Part shown: positions 41,363-51,056 of the stretch, piece after piece
Layout of the letters: each line of letters begins with the position of its first letter
How positions within the stretch are numbered: position 1 is the stretch's first letter
From: an uncultured Azoarcus sp.
GTDB lineage: Bacteria; Pseudomonadota; Gammaproteobacteria; Burkholderiales; Rhodocyclaceae
Direction: 5' to 3'
Assembly: GCA_964435845.1 (NCBI GenBank)
Contig: CAYTAY010000001.1
Location: 153-64,152 of the forward strand
Length of the DNA stretch: 64,000 nt
The notes under the pieces: generated by a model
Seen by the model: the letters and a program-made list of their open reading frames with translations, nothing else
What the model was told of the DNA's origin: nothing
Databases searched by the model: none
Program-made: the position numbers and the translations under genes

Positions 41363-41751
41363 ATGAAACCACTCCTGATCTCGCAATTGTGCGCCGAAAC
41401 CGAGGTGGCCGCGCATCCGTCTGGACCAATCCGACCTGCCCCAGGCCCTCGACCCGTCCGTCTATTCGGATGTGATCGTCGGGGGAGGACGCCCTGCCTC
41501 ACGGCGCCACACACTTGCTCGAGGGTGACGCCTGCCCGGCACAGATGCTCCGTTGTGGAGATCGGATCTGCGCGACGCAGTTTCACCCGGAAGCGGATGG
41601 CGACAGCTTCGCCGTGCGCATCCGGATCTACCGGGCCGAGGGCTATTTCCACCCGGACGAGGCCGACGCACTGATCGCTCGATGCGCGCCGGTCTCGACC
41701 GAGTGCTCAGGCAGGACTCTCGCGAACTTCGTGCGGCACTTCGCCCGCTGA
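41363..41751 (+). pseudogene. Degraded class I glutamine amidotransferase (GMP-synthase-like GATase)
   Basis: Three collinear fragments in three frames: MKPLLISQLCAETEVA; IRLDQSDLPQALDPSVYSDVIVGGG; ALPHGATHLL-CPAQM-ATQFHPE...NFV. The catalytic-Cys segment is missing. Confidence 0.75.
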
Positions 41752-41806
41752 TACCGGCCGACCCGGATTCGCTATACTCCCGACCGCTATACGCTTATCC
41801 ACACCG

Positions 41807-42670
41807 ATGCCGGTCGACCACTACGAGAACTTCCCTGTCGCTTCCATCCTGTTGCCGGCGCGCCTTCGCGAACCGGTGGAAGCGATCTATGCTTTCGCGC
41901 GCAGCGCGGACGACATTGCGGACGAGGGAGCGGCGAGCGCCGAGGAGCGGCTTGCCGCCCTGAACGCCTACCGGGCGGAGCTGGACGCGATCGAGTCCGG
42001 ACGTCCGCTCGTCGATCCGTCGCTCGCACCGATCTTCTCGCGACTTGCGGACAACGTGCAGCGCTTCGCCCTGCCCTTGCAGCCAATGCGGGACCTGCTC
42101 GATGCGTTCAGCCAGGACGTGGTCAAGACCCGTTACGCCAGCTTCGATGAGCTGCTGGATTACTGCCGCCGCTCGGCCAACCCGGTCGGACGGCTGTTGC
42201 TCCATCTTTACGGACAGGCCAGGGCCGATGCGCTGGCTCGCTCGGATGCGATCTGCACCAGCCTGCAGTTGATCAACTTCTGGCAGGACGTGGCAGTAGA
42301 CTGGCGAAAGAACCGGGTCTATCTGCCCGCCGAGGATCTCGCGCGCTTCGGCGTGAGCGAGGACGACATCGCCGTCGGGCGCTGCGACGACTGCTGGCGG
42401 GCGCTGTTACGCTTCGAAGTCGGACGCGCCCGTGAGATGATGCTCGCTGGCGCGCCATTGGCGACCATGCTGCCAGGCCGTATCGGGCTGGAGTTGCGGT
42501 TTGTCGTGTGTGGCGGCCTGCGAATTCTCGAGCGGATCGAGGCGTCGGACCACGACGTGTTCCGGCGGCGGCCAACGCTCGGACGCGGGGACTGGGCTCG
42601 GCTCCTGTGGCGTGCGCTCGCTTTCCAGTCATCCACATGCCCGGTAACGGTCAAGGGCACCGAGACATGA
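41807..42670 (+). CDS. hpnC: Hydroxysqualene synthase HpnC
   Basis: HYENFPVAS, ADDIADEG, AFSQDV, YCRRSANPVGR, LQLINFWQD. Confidence 0.95.
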   Translation: MPVDHYENFPVASILLPARLREPVEAIYAFARSADDIADEGAASAEERLAALNAYRAELDAIESGRPLVDPSLAPIFSRLADNVQRFALPLQPMRDLLDAFSQDVVKTRYASFDELLDYCRRSANPVGRLLLHLYGQARADALARSDAICTSLQLINFWQDVAVDWRKNRVYLPAEDLARFGVSEDDIAVGRCDDCWRALLRFEVGRAREMMLAGAPLATMLPGRIGLELRFVVCGGLRILERIEASDHDVFRRRPTLGRGDWARLLWRALAFQSSTCPVTVKGTET

Positions 42671-43500
42671 ATCCGCACGATTACTGCCAGGACAAGGCCG
42701 CGAAAAGCGGATCGAGCTTTTACTACAGCTTTCTCTTCCTGCCGCCCGAAAAGCGGCAGGCGATCACCGCCCTCTACGCGTTCTGTCGAGAGGTCGACGA
42801 CGTGGTGGATGAGTGCCACGACCCGCAGCTCGCACAGACGACACTCGGCTGGTGGCGCGACGAGGTGGACCGCATCTACGACGGTGCGCCGACCCATCCG
42901 GTGGGCCTCGCTTTGCGCGAGGTGGTTCCGGTCTACGACCTGCCCCGAGAACAGTTGCAGGAAATCATCGACGGCATGGAGATGGACCTCGACCATGTCC
43001 GCTACGCCGATTTCCGCGGGCTGCAACTCTATTGCTACCGGGCTGCAAGCGTGGTCGGCCTGCTTGCGGCTCGTATCTTCGGCTTCGAAGACAGGCAGAC
43101 CCTCAAATACGCGCATGACCTGGGTATCGCGCTGCAGCTGACCAACATCATCCGCGACGTCGGAGAGGATGCCCGCCGCGGGCGGATCTATCTGCCGGTG
43201 GAGGAACTGCAACGCTTCAACGTAGCGGCCGAGGATCTTCTCGAGGCCCGGCGCAGCAAGCGGTTCGTCGATATGATGCACTTTCAGGCGCAGCGTGCCT
43301 ATGGTTTCTACGACCAGGCAATGGCCCAGCTGCCGCAGATCGATCGCAAGAACCAGCGTCCCGGCCTGGTGATGGCCGCCATTTACCGGTCGCTGCTCGA
43401 CGAGATCGTGCGCGACGACTTCATGGTGCTCGACCGTCGCACCTCGCTGACGCCGCTGCGCAAGGTGTGGATCGCCGGCACCACCTGGATGCGGGCTTGA
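42667..43500 (+). CDS. hpnD: Presqualene diphosphate synthase HpnD
   Basis: SGSSFYYSF, FCREVDDVVD, GMEMDL, LQLTNIIRDVGEDA. ATGA overlap with hpnC. Confidence 0.95.
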   Translation: MNPHDYCQDKAAKSGSSFYYSFLFLPPEKRQAITALYAFCREVDDVVDECHDPQLAQTTLGWWRDEVDRIYDGAPTHPVGLALREVVPVYDLPREQLQEIIDGMEMDLDHVRYADFRGLQLYCYRAASVVGLLAARIFGFEDRQTLKYAHDLGIALQLTNIIRDVGEDARRGRIYLPVEELQRFNVAAEDLLEARRSKRFVDMMHFQAQRAYGFYDQAMAQLPQIDRKNQRPGLVMAAIYRSLLDEIVRDDFMVLDRRTSLTPLRKVWIAGTTWMRA

Positions 43501-43507
43501 GAACGAT

Positions 43508-44812
43508 ATGATTCAGTCGGTGGCAATCATTGGCGCCGGGTATGCCGGACTGGCGTGTGCAGTGGACCTGGCTGCCGAGGGCGTTCAGGTCACGGTGTTC
43601 GACCGCTCCCATGTGCTCGGAGGACGTGCCCGCTTGCTTACCAGGGACGGTCGTCGGGTCGATAACGGTCAGCACATCCTCATCGGCGCCTTTACCGAGC
43701 TCACCCGCCTTCTGCGTCAGTGCCGGGTGTCCCCCAAGGTGCTGGAACGGCTGCCGCTCACACTTGAGTCACCCGGACGCTTTCACTTGCGAGCAGCCGA
43801 ACTGCCGGCGCCTTTCCATCTGGCGCTTGGTTTGCTGCGCGCGCGGGGCCTGGACTGGGCCGACCGCCTCGCGGTGGTGAGACTCATCCGGGCCCTCAAA
43901 CGCAAGCGCTTTCGCTTGCCGCCGGAGCAAACTGTTACCGGCTTGCTGCACGAAACCGCGCAGACGCCGCATGCGGTGGCCTGGATCTGGGAACCGCTGT
44001 GCGTCGCGGCGCTGAACACGCCCATCGAGTATGCGTCCGCGCAGGTCTTTGCCAACGTGTTGCGCGACAGCGTCGCGGCGCACTCGGGTGCGAGCGAGCT
44101 GCTCATCCCGCGGGTCGATCTCTCGGAGTTGTTCCCGGTGCAGGCGGCCCGCTATCTGGCGACTCGCCGGGGAAAGCTACGCACCGGCACCGCTGTGAAA
44201 GCGATCGAACGGGTCGAGGGTGGATTCAAGCTGGCCTGCGACCATCCGACCAAACAGTTGTTCGAACAAGCGGTGATCGCCACCGCCCCCTACCATGCAC
44301 CGCCCCTGTTGCGTTCGATTGGCGGCTGCGAACGGCTCGCACAACAGATCGAGGCACTGCCCTTTGAGCCGATTACCACTGTGTATTACGCGCTGGGCGA
44401 GACAGTGCGCTTGCCGGCGCCGATGCTGATGCTGGCCGACGGCCCGGCTCAATGGGTGTTCGACCGGGGCCAGTTGGGTGGTGAAGCCGGCTTGCTCGCC
44501 TGCGTGATCAGTGCCCATGGCGAGTACGAGAAACTGAGTCGCGAGGACCTGGAGATCACCATCCACCAGCAGCTCGAGCGTGAACTGGGTCGCCGCCTGC
44601 CGTCGCCGGAATGGGTACTGAGCGTCGTGGAGAAGCGCGCCACGATTGCGTGCCGTCCAGGATTGCTGCGCCCCGACATCAAGACGCCGATACCCGGACT
44701 CTGGCTGGCCGGCGACTATCTTGACTCGCCCTACCCCGCAACCATGGAGTCCGCAGCGCGCTCCGGCGCCGCCGCAGCCCAGGCGGCGCTGAGATTCATG
44801 CCGCGACCTTGA
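43508..44812 (+). CDS. hpnE: Hydroxysqualene dehydroxylase HpnE (FAD oxidoreductase)
   Basis: IIGAGYAG, GGRA, DNGQHILIG, LCVAALNT, EKRAT, LAGDY, PATMESA. Confidence 0.94.
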   Translation: MIQSVAIIGAGYAGLACAVDLAAEGVQVTVFDRSHVLGGRARLLTRDGRRVDNGQHILIGAFTELTRLLRQCRVSPKVLERLPLTLESPGRFHLRAAELPAPFHLALGLLRARGLDWADRLAVVRLIRALKRKRFRLPPEQTVTGLLHETAQTPHAVAWIWEPLCVAALNTPIEYASAQVFANVLRDSVAAHSGASELLIPRVDLSELFPVQAARYLATRRGKLRTGTAVKAIERVEGGFKLACDHPTKQLFEQAVIATAPYHAPPLLRSIGGCERLAQQIEALPFEPITTVYYALGETVRLPAPMLMLADGPAQWVFDRGQLGGEAGLLACVISAHGEYEKLSREDLEITIHQQLERELGRRLPSPEWVLSVVEKRATIACRPGLLRPDIKTPIPGLWLAGDYLDSPYPATMESAARSGAAAAQAALRFMPRP

Positions 44813-44959
44813 GGAGGGCGCGGGTGCTCAGTTCGCTTTTTTCTTGCGCAGCGTGGCGACTGCGGTCTCGGGCGTCTCGAGCGCGTCGGCATGAAGATAG
44901 AGGGGCCGCTCCAAGGACTGTGGCGCTGGCTTGATCGAGCGCTCGAGCGCAGATGCGGC

Positions 44960-45178
44960 CACGCGATGTCCGCGTTGCCCGTAAATGCCACGTCCATATC
45001 GGCATGCATGCGGTCGTTGATCTCGCGGAACGCCCTGGTGGAGGCCGGCTCGTCGGTGGCGGTGCGGTCGATCGCATGCGCGTGACCTTGATGATGGTGA
45101 TCAGCATGTTGCGCAACCGCACTACCCGCGAACAGTGCGACTACGGCTATGAGCATCAATCCTGTTGCTAACGGTCAT
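44960..45178 (-). pseudogene. Truncated DUF305/CopM-like periplasmic His/Met-rich metal-binding protein
   Basis: Signal peptide, His-rich tract and STRAFREINDRMHADMDVAFTGNADI, after which similarity stops before the MIPHH core. ATG 45178 is one base out of frame with the signal peptide. Confidence 0.6.
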
Positions 45179-45221
45179 GGAATCAGTCCGCCCCAGGTCA
45201 TGAAAGCCGCCATGACTGTTT

Positions 45222-45264
45222 CCGTCACCCCCAACCCCTCTCCCGCGAGCAGGGGAGCGGGAGC
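45222..45264. repeat. Degenerate REP-like intergenic repeat (CCCTCACCCC..CCTCTCCC....GGGAGAGGG type)
   Basis: CCGTCACCCCCAACCCCTCTCCCGCGAGCAGGGGAGCGGGAGC: a pyrimidine/purine hairpin resembling a widespread repeat family. Single copy in this window. Confidence 0.5.
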
Positions 45265-45363
45265 TTGGTGAGTCGCCGCGGCGACTTTCACACGTTAAGC
45301 GCTTCATGTCGGCTTCCTCCTTTGTGTCTACAAATCCATCTCGATGGCACCGGCAGACCGGGC

Positions 45364-46065
<702 letters not shown>

Positions 46066-46069
46066 CCCG

Positions 46070-46702
46070 ATGTTGCTTCGATCCATAGCCATCTTCTTTA
46101 CGTTCGTTCTGTTAGGTGGCGCCGCCCAGGCTGGCACCGTCCTCGTGTGGGGCGACAGTCTCTCCGCAGGGTACCAGCTTCGCATCGAGCAAGCATGGCC
46201 CATGCTGTTGCAGACGCGTCTGACGGAAGAAGGTTTCGCGCATCGGGTCGTCAACGCAAGCGTCAGCGGCGAGACCACCTCCGGCGGCCTCACCCGCCTG
46301 CCGGCCGCACTTGCCGAACACCAGCCCGATCTTTTCATTCTCGAACTGGGCGCCAACGACGGTCTGCGCGGGCTTCAGCCGCGGCTGATGGCCGAAAACC
46401 TCGAAACCATGATCCGGGCAGCCCAGGAGGTGGGCGCCCAAGTACTGCTCGTGGGCATGCGTATGCCCCCGAACTACGGCCCGGCGTTCAACCGCCGATT
46501 CGAGCAGGCCTTCCGGGACGTCGCGGACGCCAATGACGTGCCGCTGCTGCCCTTTTTGCTCGAAGGTTTCGCCGAGCGTCCGGAAATGTTTCTTCCGGAC
46601 GGCATACACCCCAACGCCGAGGCCCAGTACATCATCCTCGACACCGTTTGGGACTACCTGTTGCCGATGCTGGAGCCCGCGGCGACATCAGCTGCCGATT
46701 GA
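46070..46702 (+). CDS. tesA: Arylesterase / acyl-CoA thioesterase I (SGNH hydrolase)
   Basis: Signal peptide, GDSLSAGY, NASVSGETT, ELGANDGLRG, PPNYG, DGIHP. Confidence 0.93.
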   Translation: MLLRSIAIFFTFVLLGGAAQAGTVLVWGDSLSAGYQLRIEQAWPMLLQTRLTEEGFAHRVVNASVSGETTSGGLTRLPAALAEHQPDLFILELGANDGLRGLQPRLMAENLETMIRAAQEVGAQVLLVGMRMPPNYGPAFNRRFEQAFRDVADANDVPLLPFLLEGFAERPEMFLPDGIHPNAEAQYIILDTVWDYLLPMLEPAATSAAD

Positions 46703-46707
46703 CCCGC

Positions 46708-47751
46708 TCAGACGCTCACCGAAAGTCCGGCTTCACCCTCGACCATGCGACCGATGACGTGTGCTTCGGTGTTCTGGACCTCCCTGACCAGTTCCCGGAC
46801 CTCATCGACCGCAGCCGGGTCGCAGGCAATCAGCAGTCCGCCACTGGTTTGCGGGTCGGTCAGCAATACCCGCTGCCAGTCCTCGACCCCGTCGGCCAGC
46901 GTCACGGACCCACCGTAGCTTGACCAGTTTCGTGCCGACGCGCCGGTGGCGGTGCCATTCTGTGCAAAGGCGGCCGCGCGTTCGATGAAGGGCGTCGCTC
47001 CGAGCGAAATCTCGGCCCGCAACTCGGACGCACGACAGACTTCGAGCAGATGACCGGCCAGGCCGAAGCCCGTCACATCGGTCACCGCATGCACTGTGTC
47101 CAGCTTCGCAAACCTGGCGCCAACCCGGTTCAGCAGCGTCGTCCAGGCAATCATCTCGTCGTAGCCTGGCTCGTCGAGCAAACCCTTCTTGAGCGCGGCC
47201 GACAGCACGCCGATTCCAAGCGGCTTGGTCAGCAAAAGCGTATCGCCAGCTTGCGCCCCGGCGTTGGTCTTGACTTGTAGCGGGTGCACCAGTCCGAGCC
47301 CGACCAGCCCGTAGATGGGCTCCAGCACATCGATGGAATGACCGCCGGCGACCGGAATCGCCGCGTCGCGACACACCGAGGCGCCACCTTCGAGGATGCG
47401 CCCGATCACCGCGCGGGGCAGCTTGTCCAGCGGCATGCCGACCACCGCCAGCGCCATGATGGGCTCGCCTCCCATTGCATATACATCCGACAGGGCATTG
47501 GTGGCTGCAATCCGCCCGAAGTCGTATGGATCGTCCACAATGGGCGTGAAGAAGTCGGTGGTTGCGACCACCGCCTGGTGATCATTCACCCGGTAGACTG
47601 CGGCGTCGTCGGCATTGTCGGTGCCTACCAGCAACTCGGCCGGGACGATGCCGGGGGGTATCCCGGAAAGCATCTCCTCTAGCACAGCGGGAGCGATTTT
47701 GCAGCCGCAGCCGCCGCCGTGGGAGAATTGCGTCAATTTGATTGTTTCCAT
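46708..47751 (-). CDS. selD: Selenide, water dikinase (Cys-type)
   Basis: HGGGCGCKI, DDAAVY, TTDFFTP, NALSDVYAMG, GGHSI, TDVTGFGL, DPQTSGGLL. Confidence 0.97.
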   Translation of the reverse strand: METIKLTQFSHGGGCGCKIAPAVLEEMLSGIPPGIVPAELLVGTDNADDAAVYRVNDHQAVVATTDFFTPIVDDPYDFGRIAATNALSDVYAMGGEPIMALAVVGMPLDKLPRAVIGRILEGGASVCRDAAIPVAGGHSIDVLEPIYGLVGLGLVHPLQVKTNAGAQAGDTLLLTKPLGIGVLSAALKKGLLDEPGYDEMIAWTTLLNRVGARFAKLDTVHAVTDVTGFGLAGHLLEVCRASELRAEISLGATPFIERAAAFAQNGTATGASARNWSSYGGSVTLADGVEDWQRVLLTDPQTSGGLLIACDPAAVDEVRELVREVQNTEAHVIGRMVEGEAGLSVSV

Positions 47752-47798
47752 GGAATCCAGCCAGTCACGACCCGCGTCAGGACGGCGGGTCGAATACT

Positions 47799-48845
47799 AT
47801 GAAAAAAGGCCTTGCGACCGTAGCACAGCTGTCCGGGTTTGACGAGATCATCGACGCGCGAAGCCCGAGCGAGTTCGCCGAAGACCGTATTCCTGGCGCG
47901 ATCAGCTGCCCCGTGCTCGATGATCATCAGCGCGCCGTCGTCGGCACCATCTACAAGCAACGCTCGAGCTTCGAGGCGCGTCGCGCAGGTGGCGCGATGG
48001 TCGCCGAGAACATCGCCCGCCATCTGTCGGAGCGCTTCCATGACAAACCCAAGGATTGGCGTCCGCTCGTCTATTGCTGGCGAGGCGGTCAGCGCAGCGG
48101 TGCCTTCGTCACCTGGTTGCGCATGGTGGGTTGGGATGCCTGCCAGCTGGAAGATGGCTACAAGAGCTGGCGTCGGGAGGTGGTCACCGGGATGGACGGG
48201 TTGCCCGGCCGCTTCCGTTTTCGCGTGGTGTGCGGCCCGACCGGCAGCGCCAAAACGCGGGTGCTCGAAGCGCTGGCCAGCCTGGGCGCTCAGACCCTGG
48301 ACCTCGAGGATCTGGCAGCCCACAAGGGGTCGGTGCTCGGCGCCCTGCCCGATCGCGCCCAGCCGACCCAGAAGTGGTTCGAGACCTGTCTTTACGCAAG
48401 ACTCAAGGCGTTCGATCCGGATCGAGCGGTTTTCGTCGAGGCCGAGAGTCGCAAGATCGGGCGCATCCATGTCCCTGAAGCGCTGATCATGCGGATACGC
48501 GAGGGCGAGTGCGTGCTGATCGACGCAAACCGCGAGGCACGGCTGGATTTTCTGGTCCGCGACTACGCGTACTTGGGGTTCGATCCAGCCGAGTTGTGCG
48601 CCCGGCTGGATTATCTGAGCAAGCTGCAAAGCCGCGAGACCCTTGAACACTGGAAGACCCTCGCGCGTGCCGGCGAGTTGCATGCGCTGTACCGAGAACT
48701 CATCGACCTGCATTACGATCCGCTTTACCGTCGCTCGCAGAATCGCAACTTCACCCGCATCGAGGCTGCCAGGGTTTTTGCGACCGACTCGCTGGACGAT
48801 GCAGGCGTTTCCGAACTCGCCAGCCGCATGCTGGCCAGCGACTGA
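47799..48845 (+). CDS. mnmH: tRNA 2-selenouridine synthase (SelU)
   Basis: Rhodanese domain (DARSPSEF, YCWRGGQRS) plus P-loop GPTGSAKT, LAAHKGS, EAESRKIG. Start trimmed to MKKGL. Confidence 0.96.
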   Translation: MKKGLATVAQLSGFDEIIDARSPSEFAEDRIPGAISCPVLDDHQRAVVGTIYKQRSSFEARRAGGAMVAENIARHLSERFHDKPKDWRPLVYCWRGGQRSGAFVTWLRMVGWDACQLEDGYKSWRREVVTGMDGLPGRFRFRVVCGPTGSAKTRVLEALASLGAQTLDLEDLAAHKGSVLGALPDRAQPTQKWFETCLYARLKAFDPDRAVFVEAESRKIGRIHVPEALIMRIREGECVLIDANREARLDFLVRDYAYLGFDPAELCARLDYLSKLQSRETLEHWKTLARAGELHALYRELIDLHYDPLYRRSQNRNFTRIEAARVFATDSLDDAGVSELASRMLASD

Positions 48846-48846
48846 C

Positions 48847-49398
48847 TCAGTCCGGCAGGGCGCCGCAGCGATCCCGGCCGCGCAGCGCACACACGCGCTG
48901 CACCACGGCGCGTGGAGGATCTCCGACTTCACCCTGTTCGAACGCCACCACACCGAAATCGTCGGCCAGACGCGCAAGCAACTCGCCCGGCTGCAGCAGG
49001 AACTCGGGACTACGCGGCCGTCCGAATCGCTCGTTGCCCACCATGAAGGTTTCGTAGATCAGCACCCCGCCCTCGCGCAACACCGACAGCATCAAGTCGA
49101 AACGCGGTCTGAACAGGTAGTTGGTGACCACCAGCGCGTCATGACTGTCGCGGCCGAAAGCCCACTCGCCCTCTTCGAGGTCAGCTTGCAGCGGGGTCAC
49201 ACCGGGCACTTCGGCCAGTCCAGCCAGGGCAGCCTTGTCCCTATCCACTGCGTCCACACGCAGCCCGCATGCAGCCAGCCACCTAGCGTGACGTCCACTG
49301 CCGCAGGCGAAGTCGAGCACCCGCCCTCCGTGGGGGATCAAGCTGCCAAAACGTTGCACCCAGTGCGAGGGCTGACCGATCGACGCATGCCCACTCAC
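48847..49398 (-). CDS. Class I SAM-dependent methyltransferase
   Basis: VLDFACGSGRH, AVDRD, ADLE, VVTNYL, LIYETF. GTGA overlap with the gabD stop. Confidence 0.88.
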   Translation of the reverse strand: MSGHASIGQPSHWVQRFGSLIPHGGRVLDFACGSGRHARWLAACGLRVDAVDRDKAALAGLAEVPGVTPLQADLEEGEWAFGRDSHDALVVTNYLFRPRFDLMLSVLREGGVLIYETFMVGNERFGRPRSPEFLLQPGELLARLADDFGVVAFEQGEVGDPPRAVVQRVCALRGRDRCGALPD

Positions 49399-50855
49399 CG
49401 GTCCACACCCCCGAGGCAGACCGATTTGATCTCCAGGTACTCGTCGATGCCGTAGATCGAGCCTTCGCGCCCGATGCCGGACTGCTTCACGCCCCCAAAC
49501 GGCGACACTTCATTGGACATGATCCCGGTGTTCACCCCCACCATGCCGCAATCCAGCGCTTCGGCAACACGGAAAATGCGACCCACGTCGCGGGCATAGA
49601 AATAGGCGGCAAGACCGAACTCGGTGTCGTTGGCCATGACGATCGCCTGTTCCTCGGAATCGAAGCGGAACAGCGGCGCGACCGGTCCGAAAGTTTCCTC
49701 GTGCGCGATACGCATCGCGGGCGTTACGTCAGCCAGCACCGTGGGCTGGAAGAAGGTGCCGCCCAGTGCATGGCGCATGCCTCCGGTCACTACCCGCGCG
49801 CCATGGGCGAGCGCATCTCCGATGTGCGATTCGACCTTGTCGATCGCGGCGGTGTCGATGAGCGGGCCGATATTCACGCCCTCGCGATCCCCCGGCCCGA
49901 CCTTGAGGCTGGTTACTGCTGCGGCGAGCCTTTCGGTGAAGGCTTCATAGACCCCGGACTGGACAAGGATGCGATTGGCGCATACACAGGTCTGACCAGC
50001 GTTGCGGTATTTCGACGCCATCACTCCCTCGACTGCGGCGTCGATATCGGCATCATCGAACACGATGAACGGCGCGTTGCCCCCAAGCTCGAGCGACAGC
50101 CGCTTCAGCGTCGGTCCGCACTGGCTCATCAGCAGTCGGCCGACTTCGGTCGAGCCGGTAAAGGACAGCTTGCGCACTGTCGGGCTGCCGGTGAGCGCTG
50201 CTCCGATCACGACCGGATCGCCGGTGATCACATTGATCACCCCGGGCGGCACGCCCGCCTGTTCCGCAAGTGCGGCGAGTGCGAGCGCAGTGAAAGGCGT
50301 CTGCTCGGCCGGTTTCACCACGACGGTGCAACCAGCAGCCAGCGCGGGCGCGACCTTGCGGGTGATCATGGCCGCCGGAAAATTCCACGGCGTGATCGCC
50401 GCGCAAACGCCTACCGGCTGGCGCATTACCAGCAGGCGCCGGTCGCTTCCGGTGGTAGGCAGAATAGCGCCGTTGGCACGCTTGGCCTGCTCCGCGAACC
50501 ATTCGACGAAAGAGGCTGCGTAGGCGACCTCGCCGTGCGCCTCGGCAAGCGGCTTGCCCTGTTCGGTGGTCATCAACAGCGCGAGTTCATCGCTCGACGC
50601 CATGATGCACTCGAACCATCGCCGCAGGATGGTGGCGCGCTCCTTGGCAAGCTTGCGGCTCCAGCCGGCGAAGGCCCGGTCTGCCGCCGCGATGGCGCGT
50701 GCGGTCTCTGTTTCGCCCATATCCGGGACTCGCCCGATCACCTCGCCAGTCGCTGGGTCGGTGACTTCGAAGCAGCGGGCTGAATCGGCCGATGTCCACT
50801 GCCCGTCAATCCATGCCTGCTGGCGAAACAGCCCGGCACCGTCTAGTTTGCTCAT
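49395..50855 (-). CDS. gabD: NAD(P)-dependent succinate-semialdehyde dehydrogenase
   Basis: ITPWNFP, KPAEQT, SFTGST, LELGGNAP, GQTCVC, EETFGP, FGGVKQSG. Start trimmed to MSKLDG. Confidence 0.92.
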   Translation of the reverse strand: MSKLDGAGLFRQQAWIDGQWTSADSARCFEVTDPATGEVIGRVPDMGETETARAIAAADRAFAGWSRKLAKERATILRRWFECIMASSDELALLMTTEQGKPLAEAHGEVAYAASFVEWFAEQAKRANGAILPTTGSDRRLLVMRQPVGVCAAITPWNFPAAMITRKVAPALAAGCTVVVKPAEQTPFTALALAALAEQAGVPPGVINVITGDPVVIGAALTGSPTVRKLSFTGSTEVGRLLMSQCGPTLKRLSLELGGNAPFIVFDDADIDAAVEGVMASKYRNAGQTCVCANRILVQSGVYEAFTERLAAAVTSLKVGPGDREGVNIGPLIDTAAIDKVESHIGDALAHGARVVTGGMRHALGGTFFQPTVLADVTPAMRIAHEETFGPVAPLFRFDSEEQAIVMANDTEFGLAAYFYARDVGRIFRVAEALDCGMVGVNTGIMSNEVSPFGGVKQSGIGREGSIYGIDEYLEIKSVCLGGVDR

Positions 50856-51056
50856 ACGATTCGAATCCTTGGTTGCGCTAACCGCCAATGCTAGCATCGG
50901 ACTGTTGCCCAGGCCATGCTCGACGGACAGTCGCGCTAGTGGTCTGCTTCGTAAATCAAGACACGTTTTCGTGTTCCGGTATTTGTGAAACAGGCCACCA
51001 GGCCTGCAGGCTTTCTTTGGTCAAGCCCTGACCAAAACAGGCGCAGGAACTCCCCG

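Noticed and set aside
45300-45345. IS3-family end-like string (GATTTGTAGACAC..AGGAGG..ATGAAGCGC)
   Set aside because: No terminal TG..CA inverted repeat pair or transposase sequence follows, and the resemblance is too short to call.
47690-47751. Selenocysteine (UGA) in the SelD active site
   Set aside because: The motif is encoded as GGCGCK with TGC codons and there is no in-frame TGA.
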